64,000 bases of DNA from Balanoglossus misakiensis. Its lineage: Eukaryota > Animalia > Hemichordata. A program made the position numbers and the translations under genes. Shown here piece by piece: positions 1-13,100 of this stretch; the first letter of the stretch is position 1, and the number at the start of each line of letters is the position of its first letter. The notes beneath the pieces are model-generated. The model saw only the letters and a program-made list of their open reading frames with translations. It was not told where the DNA came from and ran no database searches. The stretch lies in the NCBI GenBank assembly GCA_040954595.2, contig CM082592.2:9039677-9103676 (forward strand), given 5' to 3'.

Positions 1-637
1 TCAACTCTCTAACCACTGCTGTACGTATGAAATGTGTGTAATTATAAAATGCCACCGGTACTGAGCCCTCTGGTGGTGAGAGCTGACCAGGTCACTCTCA
101 TGGGATGCAACACGCACAAGTCTCTCTTGGTGGCTTTGGCTGCACAAAAAGAGCCTAATTGAATGCCATCTTGTGATTCTGCAATTTGCAGTTCACTTGA
201 CTATTAAGAGCTGGTCACTACTGGTAACATGAGACACTCAGAGCAACTCATCATCATCATCCCCAACCCAACAAACACATTACCCCGCCCACACATACAT
301 CTTCAAGCCACTTTTCATTCTGATTAGCATAATTGCTTTCATAACTCAAACTCCTGTTGAGTACATTGCAACCTTTACATTTCTTTTATTTGTCAAAATG
401 GAACTCTGATACATAATGGTTAGTGGCAAGAGACTTGTTTCTGAGTGTCCCAAAGGAACGAGATTATCCGGTGTTATGAGTCAGCACAGTCCATCTTTCT
501 ATTCTCATATAATAGACAACCTTGTTTTCGTTATGGTGCATCGTGCAATTCAACAACATCTCAGTTTCACAGCCCCCTGTGAAGAACGTTCAAATTAGAT
601 TTGGACCTGAACCATGGTGGTGAAAGTGTCTACTCAC

Positions 638-3600
638 AAGGATGACTTCGGCAAATCCTTCCGCACTCTTGTCCGCAAAGCCATTACCGGCCAGTGTGAT
701 GTGGGTCAGATAAACGTTCTGAAGCAACATTTCTGACATGGCTGCTGCGCCCGCGTCACCAAGACGATTGTCAGACAGGTCCTGCAAGATTAGAAGGCAC
801 ATCAAATGTTATAAACAACAATGAGTGAGGGACTGCTGATTTCTATGAAAACAAGATGGTGAACACCAACCATGTTTTTTTCTTTATTTTCTCCCCACAC
901 TTTATAATATAGCAAATAATTGAAACGTTTGGAGGACTATCATTTTTCTGAAATCTATTCCCGGGGGCACATACATGTACTACGTTTAACTCGATTTGAC
1001 TCTGTTGTATGTTATCTAGGTCCTATTGGTGGAATCAGCGGCCAGCAGTTAATTTCACACCTTGTCCATTCCTTCGCATATAAATATCAGACTTTTCTCT
1101 AGCGACAGCATCTACAAACATTTAACACGCCAGCTGCATTCTTCCTCAGAGACAACAACAGGACACACGGTTATGGCAATGCTGCGATCAGAGAAGCGCG
1201 GAAATCACAAGAGACTGTAATCCGATCAAAACAGGATGTCACGACACGAGCAGAACTTCGTCACGGAATACACGGGTATTAGAGTGATATCTTTGGATCG
1301 TAGGTGTCACAATTTGTACCACTAGAAACTCTTCCACCCTGCTGTCTGCTCAATCTCAGTTCTCAAGGGGCAGTATCCGTTCTCTAGATAAAGTTAACAC
1401 TTGCCACTTGCACGAATGGCATACATGCCACAAAGATGAAACTCACCAGCTCAGCTATGTAACAGTTCTCTTTCAGCATCTCAGCAATGGCGATACCGCC
1501 CTCTGAATCAAGCCAGTTGTCTGATAAGTTAAGCTTGAGAATTGTGGTGTTTGCCTAGGGGAAAAACACAAAGACATACTTGAAAACAAGACGGACAATG
1601 TCCTTTCTAAGAAGTAATGGTAGCTTTCTCAGTAACAGAACTACTATTTTCAAGGCACTGCCTTTAAACCCACCAGGTTTTTGTGTGCGTGTGCGTGTGT
1701 GTTTTTTTACATAAATGCCCCTCATGTCACGGGAACATTGCGTTCTGGTTCTTGTGTGAACCCAAGGCATCTCCGCCTTTACCAAGAGTCAAGTGAGTAA
1801 ATTACCCAATCAGTGAGTGTGAATGCCACGTTCAACAGATGGTGCTTGCGTGAAAACCTTGCGTTATAATGGCACTAATCAGTCCATGTATAACGTCACG
1901 CTTTCACTTCTGCGTAATTGGAGTCTGAATTGCCTGATGTCACCAAATATGGTGTAAAAATTGCAACTTCTTCAAGAAAGTCAATAGTCACAATTAGCGT
2001 ACACGGCCAAATTGAACACCTATACTACTAGCTCAAGGATGAGGAGCTCCTTATCACCGCAAGAGAAAAAAAACATCTGTTGCTTGTCTGCAACTATTCA
2101 ACTATCGTTCTTGGCCTCCATTCAATCAGCTGTCCTTTGGAAGGAGGAATCAATTAATAAACCATAGTAATCTACATACATGTATTACACGGCTGTTGAA
2201 CTTAAATAAATAAGCGCATCTTTGAGATGGACCACGGCAAGTCTGAAACTCCTGCAAGCGCTGTCCAAGAGTCGCCTTTCAATGCAAGTGTTCTGCCGAG
2301 GACAGTACGTTTGTGCTAATGCTTAGGATGATCACCCCTGCGTTTTAGAGAGCGTACTTACGACTAAAGTTATGGCGATGGCTTTGGCTCCGGACGGTCC
2401 CAGGCCGTGGTGCATCATGACCAGTTCCGAATCGGTGATGTGCCTCAAGAAATACGACACCGGTACTACCCCGTTCATCTTGCAGGCTTCTTTGTATGTG
2501 GTTCTCCCAGAAGCGTCGTATGACTCGCGCGTTTCTACGAGAGGGAATCGACAAGACACGTTACAGAAAACAACAGCAAAAGAAACAGTGGTTGCCAGGT
2601 ACAAAAGAACACAAAGAAAGATATTGAAAGAGATATTTTTCTGCCAGATATTGTGACACTGGAGAGATAATAAAACGTGAAAAAATAAACATTACAGACA
2701 TCACTGGTGAAAACAAGTCACAATATTCCACATCAACTAAATCAAATTATCAAAACCAGAACAAAACAGTTCTACAAATCTAGAGTAAACATTAAAAAAA
2801 AACACAGTTCAGGCGTACTTAGAGACAGAAGTCATAACACAGGCAGTGTTGCAAACATGGTGTGAAAAGCACTGTTTAGCTTCACCATTATTTTGGAGAT
2901 GTGAAACTAGAAAGTCACAATGATAGCTGACATAATATTATGGGCTGGGCAGTGGCTTAAATTCAGAAATGTTTTCGGTGTAATAAACAAAATTGTTTGC
3001 AAATTCTACAATGACAAAACAGTAACTTGTTACAAGGTTGCCAATGAAGTCATTGCCCAGTACAGGCTTTGATGCGGTGGCTCAAAATTTGAATATTATG
3101 GCGTATCCATTTACCATTGACGTAAAGACATAGACCGTATGTATCAGGAACCGACGCTGAAGACCTTTAACTTTGTTATTTGAAATATTTACAAATGTAG
3201 GTTTCTCTGACGCCAATTTCAACCTTGGTGCTTTGAAGACTTTTCGTAACAAATTATCAGAGATAATCCAGTTCTCTTTTCCAAAAATTCCATCATACTC
3301 ATAGCTGATTTCTTTTTTCTGAATATCTTAAATTGTTCTTACAAGTGACAGTTCCGACAAAAAGCCGATCAATTTTGGAATGTGTATACCAGTGCCTCTT
3401 TTTTCTATGAAGTCCTTTCTTTACTCATATTGAAAATGATCTATTACAGCTAAATTTTGGACTAAGTATCTTAGAAGCGAGCAGATTTCGTAATGGTTTG
3501 ATATGTCTAACTTTGGGATATAAATATCACATAACACTTTATCTGCTATAATAACATCCCTTGACACATACTAGTCAGTTCCTGCTCAGGATATCAAGGC

Positions 3601-6600
3601 ACAATTTACACTTTTACAAATCATTAATGAGTGGATTCAGTAATAATTCCACATGGACAATGGTTTTAAAAGATGGTCACACACCAACACTTATACAATG
3701 AAAAGCCACTTCTGACGCAGAGTGCTTAATTTTAGGACATCCAGTAGAAAATACCCCACCCCCTGCCAAGATGTAATGTCTCACACGAAAATGTCACTAG
3801 AAACGTCAATGAATGGCAATTTAATGTGGCCGGCAGGGAATTGGTTACTACTGGGGTATTTCTCTGTGGACTTTTTCCTCTATTGGTCTGTACGTCACAG
3901 CATGACTCACGTAAACACTGATGTGGTCCACATTTGATCTCGTAATTCCCACCAGAGACACAGAACAAACACGAAAAACAATTTTTTTATGACAAGTTTG
4001 AATTAAAAAGTACAATTTTCTCTTTTTCTTCCAAGGAACACGACCTGATGAACTGGCAATACTTTCAGCCAAACTCCAGACTTTTAAAACTAAACCACCA
4101 TTTTATTTGAGATGACAATGCTATCAAATATCTTCTCCAAAATATTAGTGATTGAAAACACTACAAAATATGCTATTGAGAAAAAAAAAGAGTACCGTGT
4201 GGAAGTTTAACAGAAATTTATTTTCACACTTGTTAGAAAGAAACAAAAGACCAAACAGGTAAAATGTTACAAAATTACATCATGCACCACAAAACAACAC
4301 TGAAACATGAAATTGTAATGAAATTTCAGATGTCTTACTTCTGCGTAATACTCCTAGAAGGAAGGCCAAATGAAAACAGGAAGAGAGAAATAGTAAATTG
4401 CAAAGTTCTGCGGCAGACTAGCAGCTTTCTTCTGTGGGTCAGAGGTCAAAGGCCAGGCTGCTGGAGTGAAGGTTAACTTGGAGGTGTTCGTTAGTGTGCA
4501 GAAAGTGTTCTACTCTCTTGGGGGGAACTCGCTGGTAAGATTATAAAAGACCATCCTTTATGCAACTTCGGTTCATTTTTTCCGAGGTTATTGCATCATT
4601 TTTGAACAAGATTATCTCTGATTAAATCCATCCTTACGGCGCCACGTTTTGAAACATCTACTGACATGTATTTGTAAGTGACAACTTTTAAGAGTGACAT
4701 GTTCGCCTTCTAATCAAATATTAAAGTTGGTGTATCAATGAGCAAAGCATGTAATGTGCATGAATTCCTCTGTACCATATAGCTGGACATAATCAGCCTC
4801 CAGTTCACAAGCAATACACTGCAGTTACTTTATATCTATAATACAGAGTATCATTTTCCCTTACTTCTTGTTCACCATGCCATGCATATCATAGAAGATT
4901 AACAACAAATGCATCTGCATGATTGCTTTTTAAAATGTCATTTGTGAGATTCTTTTGACGTGTCACACATGGTTGCACACGCACGTAGCTATCGTCGATT
5001 AATTTATTCTTGTAAAGTGACATAACTGATAATGCATTATCATGTATGATAATGAATGAGGCAGGTTAATTTTTCTGCGTTCAGGAAATTATGTTCTCCA
5101 AGCAGATTAGAGCTCCTGATTTAAACATTGACTTGCTTTATTTCAATCACAATAGTGCTGGACAAAACCATTGTTGGGAGACAGATCTGTAGCTGTATAG
5201 GGGAGTTGTTTATGACAATGAATGATTTAGATGGTTTACCAGCGAGTTCCCTACTGGGCTGACAACATTTGTGAGTCAGTGACAGGGTTTAGACGGACAC
5301 TGTGTTAACAAGTTGGTGCAACGGTGTCACTGTAAAATAAGAAAGGGTTAATCAAGCCATGTTCAGAAACAAAGGGGAATGGAGACATTATGCAAATAAG
5401 GAGAGTAACTTCAGGCTCACGATTGGATGAGAGAAAAATTGGAAACAAGTACAAAGACTAAAGAGAAACAGTTGCTGTAGATTGAAAAAGATCTGGTTAT
5501 TGGAGAGAAAAATTGAAATAAAAATTAAGTGAAATAAACGAGGGAAAATACTGAATCAGTGACTGCAAAATTGGACCAATATGCAGTCCCTGGAGACAAG
5601 TGATAGAAGAAAAACCAACGAATCTATCTGTGTCAAAGGTCACAGGGTTTAAGTGCATACACAATGACAGGGTTGTGGAGAATAAAAGAAGAGGGTTTGG
5701 TGAGATTAGTGATCTATTCTATCAGAAACAGTTAGAAGCAGGAATCCACTGCAAAAATCAATAAAGTCATTATTATTCTCATGCAAAGGACAGCAAAAAC
5801 TAACAACATAGGGGCATGCAAACTAGGTGATAACGAACTAAGCCATGCTGAATGAAACAATAAAAATGGGTTACTCAGTTATATGTTAATTCTGGTATGG
5901 AGGACTGGTTGTTTTTGTTAGTACAAATTCTACCAGTGAGTATTGTGTTTTACAGATTCAATGGAAGAATACTAGATGTCAAAATTGGAGTTTTTCTAAC
6001 TGACTCATACTGTATGCAATGTTGAAAGTCACAACTACTGTCCTGTTTATTTTCAGATAACTAAACATCTATCGTGAGAAATGTAATTTTGCAATAGAAA
6101 CTAGAATTTTTCTTATCTATTCATCACAGTCTTTTCAGTCAGTTATAAATTATTTACGGCTTCTGTGATCATGATTATTGTGCCTAGCAGGAAATATTAC
6201 GCTGGAAGAAAATAATTTAATTCAAGACGGAAATATTGATGGCTTTGTGCCGGGCGGTGCAAAAAAGAAAACAACTACATAATGGCATACAAAAGGATCT
6301 TAAAGAGTCATCTATGTGAATTTACTCAACAAATTTTGTATTGACTTCATACCTTCTACCTCCAAGTCAGTATCCCAGCCGCTTTCACTCATGGCATCTT
6401 GTTCTGATGTCGCTCGCGTTCTCGTGTCTTCAGTGTCACTGTCTATGTTGTCTTTGTCTGATCTGTTGGAGAATTTACTGTCTGGCCGTCTGTTGGCTGA
6501 TCCTGCCCGGCTGCTCGGCCTACTGATTGTCTGCAAGGGTTTAGAAAAAAAGATCTAGCTGGAACCACATTTACTTGACGTGGTTGGCTTGCTTGGTGTG

Positions 6601-7591
6601 TTTTTAATGGCATGTTAATTTAGTTTAAGACTAGATTTGGCATATATGTACGTTGTGAAAAATTGAAGTGATACAATTCTCCACTGGTGTACACACAAAC
6701 CATGTGAAGTAATTATACTCTCCCCCCCCCCCCCCCTAAGTTATTAACATCCAACCAACCTCCTAATATTCTGGGAGGAATTTGTCAATAGTGCAGAAAC
6801 ATTTATTTAATCTTTCTAAGATTAAAAAAAAATATTAATAGCGGCTGCGTGTACTGGGCCAATAGTTGTTTGTTCAAAGTTGACATTTCGTGCCCCCCCC
6901 CCCCCCGCTAACCACAGGCGCACGAATCACTATGACTGCAGCCTGATTCCTCATCTGATCAGGCTACCATCAGTGTGATTCAAGCGCCTGTGACGCTAAC
7001 AGGTTGGTGAAGCAAACTATGCCGATCAAACCTTCTCGAAAGTGATGGTGGAAATTTAACCACTCATATCAAATGATATGATTTGGCGTTCGATAATTGA
7101 GGGTGGTATGTAGTTTAGCTCAGGCTCGATTTCGCCTGTTACATTCACATCTTTGGTTACAACTTGTTTACCATCCATCCGTTGAATGATACACATACAC
7201 GTATGTATGTCTTGGTAGCATTCACATCAAAAGTATTTCGTATGTTCTTGCTCAAAATAATCCCTGAACACACACATTTTCACCGTAAACGAGTAAGACC
7301 AAATGAAGATGTTATTCCCAACTTCTGTAATCAACGTGTCTGTCACTGACTGCAGTCAGAGGCGCACGGGCTTTAGCGGTGCGTCTGAGATTTATCTTGT
7401 ATCATGTGTACAGTATGTATGCGTACCTTTCGGGTTTCACTAATGCTGCCACGGCTTTTGGCTCTGCTCGGCGCTCGGCTTCCAAGCGCACTGCCCTGTC
7501 TACTTTGCGATTTTTCATCTTTCTCCCTGCCTTGTCTAGACGGGCCTCTGGACAAGCCCTCCTCCGACGTTGGAGTCTGTTCCCGACCCAT
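638..7591 (-). CDS. LRRC74: Leucine-rich repeat protein 74A/B-like (multi-exon, 3' part continues beyond window start)
   Basis: Spliced exons 7591-7427 (MGREQTP..), 6530-6353 (..GWDTDLEVE), 2534-2362 (YKEACKMNGVVPVSYFLRH..HHGLGPSGAKAIAITLV), 1554-1447 (LKLNLSDNWLDSEGG..) and 781-638 (DLSDNRLGDAGA..), all GT-AG and phase-compatible. The DTDLE / ACK..GVVPVSYF / HHGLGP motifs plus RI-like LRRs match LRRC74A/B. Possible small extra exon near 7284-7349 and a 5'UTR exon ending near 8093. Confidence 0.85.
4339..4353 (-). CDS. Candidate 15-nt frame-preserving microexon in LRRC74
   Basis: Minus strand reads long pyrimidine tract ..ccttccttctag|GAGTATTACGCAGAA|gtaagac; open in phase 1 (GVLRR). Confidence 0.45.
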
Positions 7592-9497
7592 GTCTTGGTG
7601 TTGACGGCCGTTGGAAAACACAGATTACCTACAAAATGGCGTTGTGTATATTGAAGTTGCTATTGGCAATTTGCATCCTTATTTGCATAGGTAATTGTAC
7701 AAAACTTTGGGGAGCAGCGCCCTCTCTTGGCATGGCCTTGGTTTGATCTATGGTTCTCTACATGTATATACATATACGTACAAGTATAAGCACATCTGAG
7801 TCACAAGTCCTCAGGGATATTCTCCATTGGAAAAATGCCGTGTAGAACAGAAGCGGACCATTTTAAGTCGGTGGAGGGTGCTTCAAAGATTTGTTGATAA
7901 AATATATTACTTGTTGTTGATAAAAAAAAACGTCCCTTAACAGATGAGTAAAACATAAATCTCGAAAATACGTTGCTTTTAAAATTGTCAGTGCACATTC
8001 GCCACTGTACCACACTTTCAGACTGGGAACAAAAAGTAACTAAACCTCTTTCGCAGGGATACATATACTAGTACTCATGTGTGTGTACTCACCTATGTTA
8101 CGTCCGACGAAATCACTCCTACACTACCGAAAGGAACACGCATGCCCACAGCATGACCTAGCCGGCATTATCGTCGGTGTGAATCCTCTATTTTAATGGA
8201 AAACTCAAAAGATCCAATTATATTCACTGAATTCGTGTATCACCGAATTCATTTACTGGCTACCGGGTTTTGTAAAAGATTCCATCCACGCATCCATGAT
8301 CCATCCATCCATGAACGAATAAAGAAACTAATAAACTTCAAAAGACTCACAGTGTTAAAATAGCCAATGTGAAAACTCAATTTATGAAAACGATCGATGG
8401 CTTGAGTGCTGCAGTTCAAAGGATAATAAAAGGCAGTTCCAAGTTGGTGGAATAAATCATAGCAAGTGGTTTTACCCCCCCCCCCCCCTCCCCAACAAAC
8501 TTTCTTTACGTTGTTCTGCAAAGGCAAACGTTCCTTTACACAGTTGGGATGGCAACACTTTTCCTTCGAGAATCTTCCCCGTCATCTCCCGAATATCACG
8601 TGATCCACCCCTTAGTGACCGCGGTAGGCCAGGCTGAACTATCCATATATCGTTTATAGTTAGATAGCAAAGAGCATGGAAAAAACCCCGAAGACCATCA
8701 CGTGGATTTTCTCTTGAACAATGAGGCTTCGGAACACTCTCCTGTCTTCAGTATGAAGCCAGATTGTTGGTAGGAGCGTCCACCTCCTGTTCATAGCAAC
8801 AATAATAGTGGCCTTGGTTGGTTGGCTACCTCCATGGTTGGCTGAGTCGTGCGGATGGCTAACAACCAAACCCAACCATCCCACCAAGACTACAATTATT
8901 GGCAGCTAACCCCCTGTCCTATACTCGGAGTCTTGGCTCCTGTGGCTTTGTACCAGCGAAACCCCTCACAGAGGGAGTCTTGGCTTAAAGTATGATATAC
9001 CTCGGGCGACATACTAGTATTTTCAATAGTTCTCCAAGCCTTACAATTCTTTGTAGTGCGGCAGGGTTTCAAGAGAATGTTATGAAAACAAAAAGATTTA
9101 GTTCTCTTTTAAGGTGCACGCAGTCGATGGTCATTCTGTTTTTTTTTTTCTTCTTTTTTTTGCGGGTTGGGGTAGGGGGTGGTGATCTAGTTACGTGTGT
9201 GGAAGCAACTTTTCGCCCCTTTTTAGAGACTCTATTTTCAGTTTAAAGTCCGTTTATTCTCCTATTAAGAAGCGATTTTATTTTACCCAAAGCTACATGT
9301 AAGTCGACCTTATACCCAACATTCCCATAGAATTCTCGAGCCGTTTAAGAAACCAAACATTGATTTTATATTTTTCATTCACATTTTACAAGATACCCAA
9401 GAAACGATTTGTATTCAATAGTGTACTACAAGACAGCGAGCGCTGAGTGTGCAAAAACATTTGGTGTGTGGAAATATATTTACGTTGTGAGGGACGC

Positions 9498-9790
9498 TAT
9501 AAAACAACATACTTGCAGAGCAACGTACAGTGGGGCCACACACCAAGCAGCCCTACCAGTGCACAGTAGAGTGTACGGATATGGCTGCCCCGTCCGGCAA
9601 CAGGGCTAGGTGCAGCCATAGCCGTGCAAGCTCTCTCGCCTTTACCAGTACTAGTACTTGGGCTGGTTATATATCGGGGCTTTCGAAGCTGCGGTTGGTA
9701 GCAAGCTGTTCTCTGTGCGCGATCTCTCCGACTCATCTCAGACAACTCCCTGGTTAGAGCCTTCAGAAGACCTGACCGATAGACTTAGAG
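9498..9790 (+). promoter_or_regulatory. TATA box followed by a GC-richer structured candidate first exon ending in a splice donor
   Basis: TATAAAA 9498-9504; nested hairpin 9548-9665; GAG|GTAGGT donor at 9790/9791. Confidence 0.4.
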
Positions 9791-9879
9791 GTAGGTGATG
9801 GTGTGTGCAATACATGTAGAATTTTTCGGCTACTGGGGACCATCTTTTTCCAATGGCTTAATCCGAAGCAATGTTATTT

Positions 9880-10140
9880 TGTATGTTTGACGCAAAGTTA
9901 TGTTATCCTCCAAGCCAAGGGCCCCCTGCCTCCAAGCAAAACACGGAGGCTTTTATTATAGAGTTTTGTAAGGATGCGTGTGTATGTGTGTGTGTACGCG
10001 CGCGTCTTTGTGTCACGGTGTCTCTCTCTCAGTGCGTCTCTGTGTCTATGTGTGTATGTCTGTGCCGTCGATGTTTCAGGATAAGATTTTCAAATTTCAA
10101 CCAAATTTGGTGACAAAAAGTGGAAGTCTGGTTACACTTT
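9880..10140. mobile_element. Probable non-autonomous interspersed repeat with internal (TG)n/(TC)n microsatellite (HINE/Helentron-like)
   Basis: Microsatellite core tgtgtatgtgtgtgtg..tctctctctc..tgtctgtgccgtc followed by ttcaaccaaatttgg, an architecture typical of invertebrate HINE-like elements; family not verifiable here. Confidence 0.35.
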
Positions 10141-10349
10141 TGTTGAAAAGGTTAGCCTGCGTCACTGAAACCATATTGGGCAACGTTGATTTTGCTAATG
10201 TTCTTATCTCTGTGTTCAATACAAATTGTGTCCCGTGTTCAGTCCAGTTTGTATACTTAAAGTATGTGCTACACGTGGAAATGACAACGCGACATGCAAC
10301 CGACAGCAAGTACTTTTTAAAATATTTGACAATTCCATGTTAATTAACA

Positions 10350-10850
10350 TATGAGCATTTTACACAACCTCTGAATGCCTTAACATTTTACTAAATTCAG
10401 TGTAGGCTAAACACAGAGTTCGTAGGAACGTCAAGTCACTAAACAATGCTGTAATATTGTCATTTTCTTGGCATTTTCACCAGGGGGGAAGAAAGAGAAA
10501 CTTTATCGGTAGACATAAAAGGAAACCATTTTGATAGAGCTGTTCAGATAGCTTGACCATAGGAAAACCGCACCATAGGAATGCAAGAAAAGTGCTGATT
10601 CAGCATTTTACGCAACCTCTGACCACTTCTAGAATTTTGAGAAAACCCTGTTGCAATTGTCATTTTCTTGAAATTTTAACAAGAGGTGCCGAAAGAGAAA
10701 CCTTCATCTTTATCAATTGACATAAAAAGCACTACGTCACCACTATGCTTGATGTTTAGTAGAGCCATTTAGATAATTTTACCATGATGTGGAAATTGCA
10801 CCACAGGAATGCATGAAAAGCGCCGATTCAGCATTTTATACAGCCTATGA
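10350..10850 (+). repeat. Degenerate tandem repeat, ~200-230 bp unit, two-plus copies
   Basis: Shared blocks attgtcattttcttg, gaaagagaaac, gacataaaa, gcacca(t/c)aggaatgca and gattcagcatttta recur at ~10455-10620 and ~10655-10850. Confidence 0.7.
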
Positions 10851-12499
10851 CGTACGACTCTTGATATACAGTAGAATCACAAAATACTATAGTTATCTGC
10901 TTTCTTTTTTGAAATACTTCATGATATTGGGATTCACCAGTACTTGATTTATTTTGTCAGAGATTGGAAGAAACTTCAATGCAGAGAAGACTCACAGCGT
11001 TTAAACGGTCGACTTCAGCTAATGAGAAGCAAGGATTGAGACGTGCATTTTAACATATACCTGCTTTATGCAAATTCCACTGTAGACCGACGGTAGCTCG
11101 AGTCTAGTGAAGCCAATTTGTGCCAACCCAGGTAGGTAATATGCAGCATCACACTTCTTTTTCAGCATCGTCGGAAACTAACTTTTTCCCTGTTGTCCTA
11201 CGAATGCAAAGATTATTCCAATCCCCTCCCGTATATGAAATGGTACATCCCTTAATGACTACCAAATATCCCTGAATATCATGTAATCCAGTCCTTCAAA
11301 ATGTTCTATGCACAGTGTGCTGGCAACAATTTATCTTTGAGAATATTCCAACCCCTCCCACGTATCATCAAAAGGCCATTCCCTTAGTGACCAGGGTAAC
11401 TACCAACGTCATCTAGTCATTCAGAATTTCAGAGGCTTCGGAACACTCTCATGTCTTCAGTATGAAGCCAGATTGTTGGTAGGAGTGTTGGCCTGCTGCC
11501 ATACTCAGAGCATTGGCTTCCTATGGCTCCGTGGGAATATTCCATGCATAGATATGCGCTCATTCAGCGGAAAATCTGGTTAGAAAAAAAACAGACATCA
11601 TCCAGAATAAGCGGCCAATCTGTAGAATAAAGTTGAGTCGAGAGAATTGAACCCCCTTTAGCTTAATGTAACTGGTAGTGGTAATTATTTACAACACCTT
11701 ATTTGTTTCTTGGGTACATAGGGAAGTACATGTATAATGTATAAAGATGTACATGTGTCATGTATAAAGATGAGAGTGCGAAAAGAGATGAATTATCCTG
11801 TCTGCAATGAGATGAGGCATATTACCCAATACATGTACAGTCACTATGCAATTTAGGCGCATATATGTGTGCATGAATTTTCCTGTACAAAGGGTCACCT
11901 GTATGCAAGGGCCACTAGTTTCGGAGAGTCCGTTTTAGTGGCCGTATCAACAGTTGAAGCCGTCGCGATACGTGATGTGATGCATCAGCTTCAGACGCCC
12001 TCCCCGGCTCCCATCCGTCCATCGATGACTCACTCTGCAGAGACGCCCCTCTCTCAGAGACCTGACCATACCCGCCAAAGTAATACTGCGGTCTTTATGT
12101 AAGTTTCACAATATTGTTTACCCTCAAGTAACGTTGGGATTTGATGACACGGAAATGTTGAGAAGTTTGACAGGCATACATGTCCATATGGGAACGGGCT
12201 TCAAACATAACTTACGGTGATACGTATTCTGCGCTCAACATAACGGCGCAGGGAACTGTCATACGCACAACTGATTTCCATCGGCGTGGTTTGCAACGTG
12301 AGCAGAGCGAGGTTGAATTTGCACATGCAGCTGAGCATGGAACTCACTGTGGATAAATTTGATATAAGTTTATTTCCACCCAAGTCGCTGAGACAAGACA
12401 TCAACGATTCATCCCTCTTAAAATACTAGGATATCTGCAAAGTAAAAGGTATTTCTTATATTAATTTAACTTTTGAAGGTATATTGTCATTGCTGCCTG

Positions 12500-13100
12500 C
12501 CTGCTGGCATGGGAGTTTTAAAAGTGCGACCAATGCACAATTTTTGTCGGCGTCGTCGGCGCGAACCTTGCATTGCATTTGCACCGCGTCGTAAACTGCT
12601 TCGAGCTTCGGAAAAATTGCACATATGCATGGAGAAGCAAAACAAGTTTTCCCGGAGCGATCAGCGACTGACGGATAGTAGCTAAAGCGTACTCCATCTG
12701 TGCGCGCGGTGATGAGATGACAACGCGGACGCGCGTTCCTCTGTGAGAAATAAACACAACATCATTGCTGAAAACGTGACCGAGTGTGGCACGTTGCAGA
12801 CAACGTGACAGCACGGCTGCTGGCTGATCGTCGCAACGAAATATCATATGTACATGTGTAACTTGGGAATAGTGTCTATAGCTCGAGTGCGTTAACAAAC
12901 AAGCATTTTATTTATATTAATTGTAATTTGGTCGACGTATTTCAAGTCATGATCAAGGTACGAAAAGGGGTGTGCGTGAGCGCGTCCCGGGAGCGCGTAC
13001 GCGTGTGGTTGAGAGCCTTGGAGAACAATCTCCGTCCACGGTAAAAAGTCGGCATATTCCCAACCACCATTTCTATCCGAAGAGGCAGTCGACCAGGTTT
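12500..13100 (+). promoter_or_regulatory. CpG-rich putative promoter / proximal first exon of the nuclear receptor gene
   Basis: Locally high CpG density (cgcg runs); candidate donor CCACG|gtaaaa at 13040; next acceptor upstream of the ATG is at 16177. Confidence 0.4.

Larger units (their letters stand above)
8723..11488 (+). repeat. Dispersed direct duplication (~57 bp core at 8723-8779 and 11432-11488)
   Basis: gaggcttcggaacactctc(c/a)tgtcttcagtatgaagccagattgttggtaggag occurs twice; both copies are preceded by related ..cccttagtgacc.. segments (8561-8620, 11331-11393). Confidence 0.8.

Noticed and set aside
1-25. tctaaccactg resembling a tRNA A-box on the minus strand
   Set aside because: Truncated at the window edge with no cloverleaf visible; probably a tRNA-derived SINE fragment.
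5240-5329. Possible LRRC74 exon with strong acceptor ttttacag and donor gtaaac
   Set aside because: In-frame TAA in phase 1 and no homology; cannot be supported as coding.
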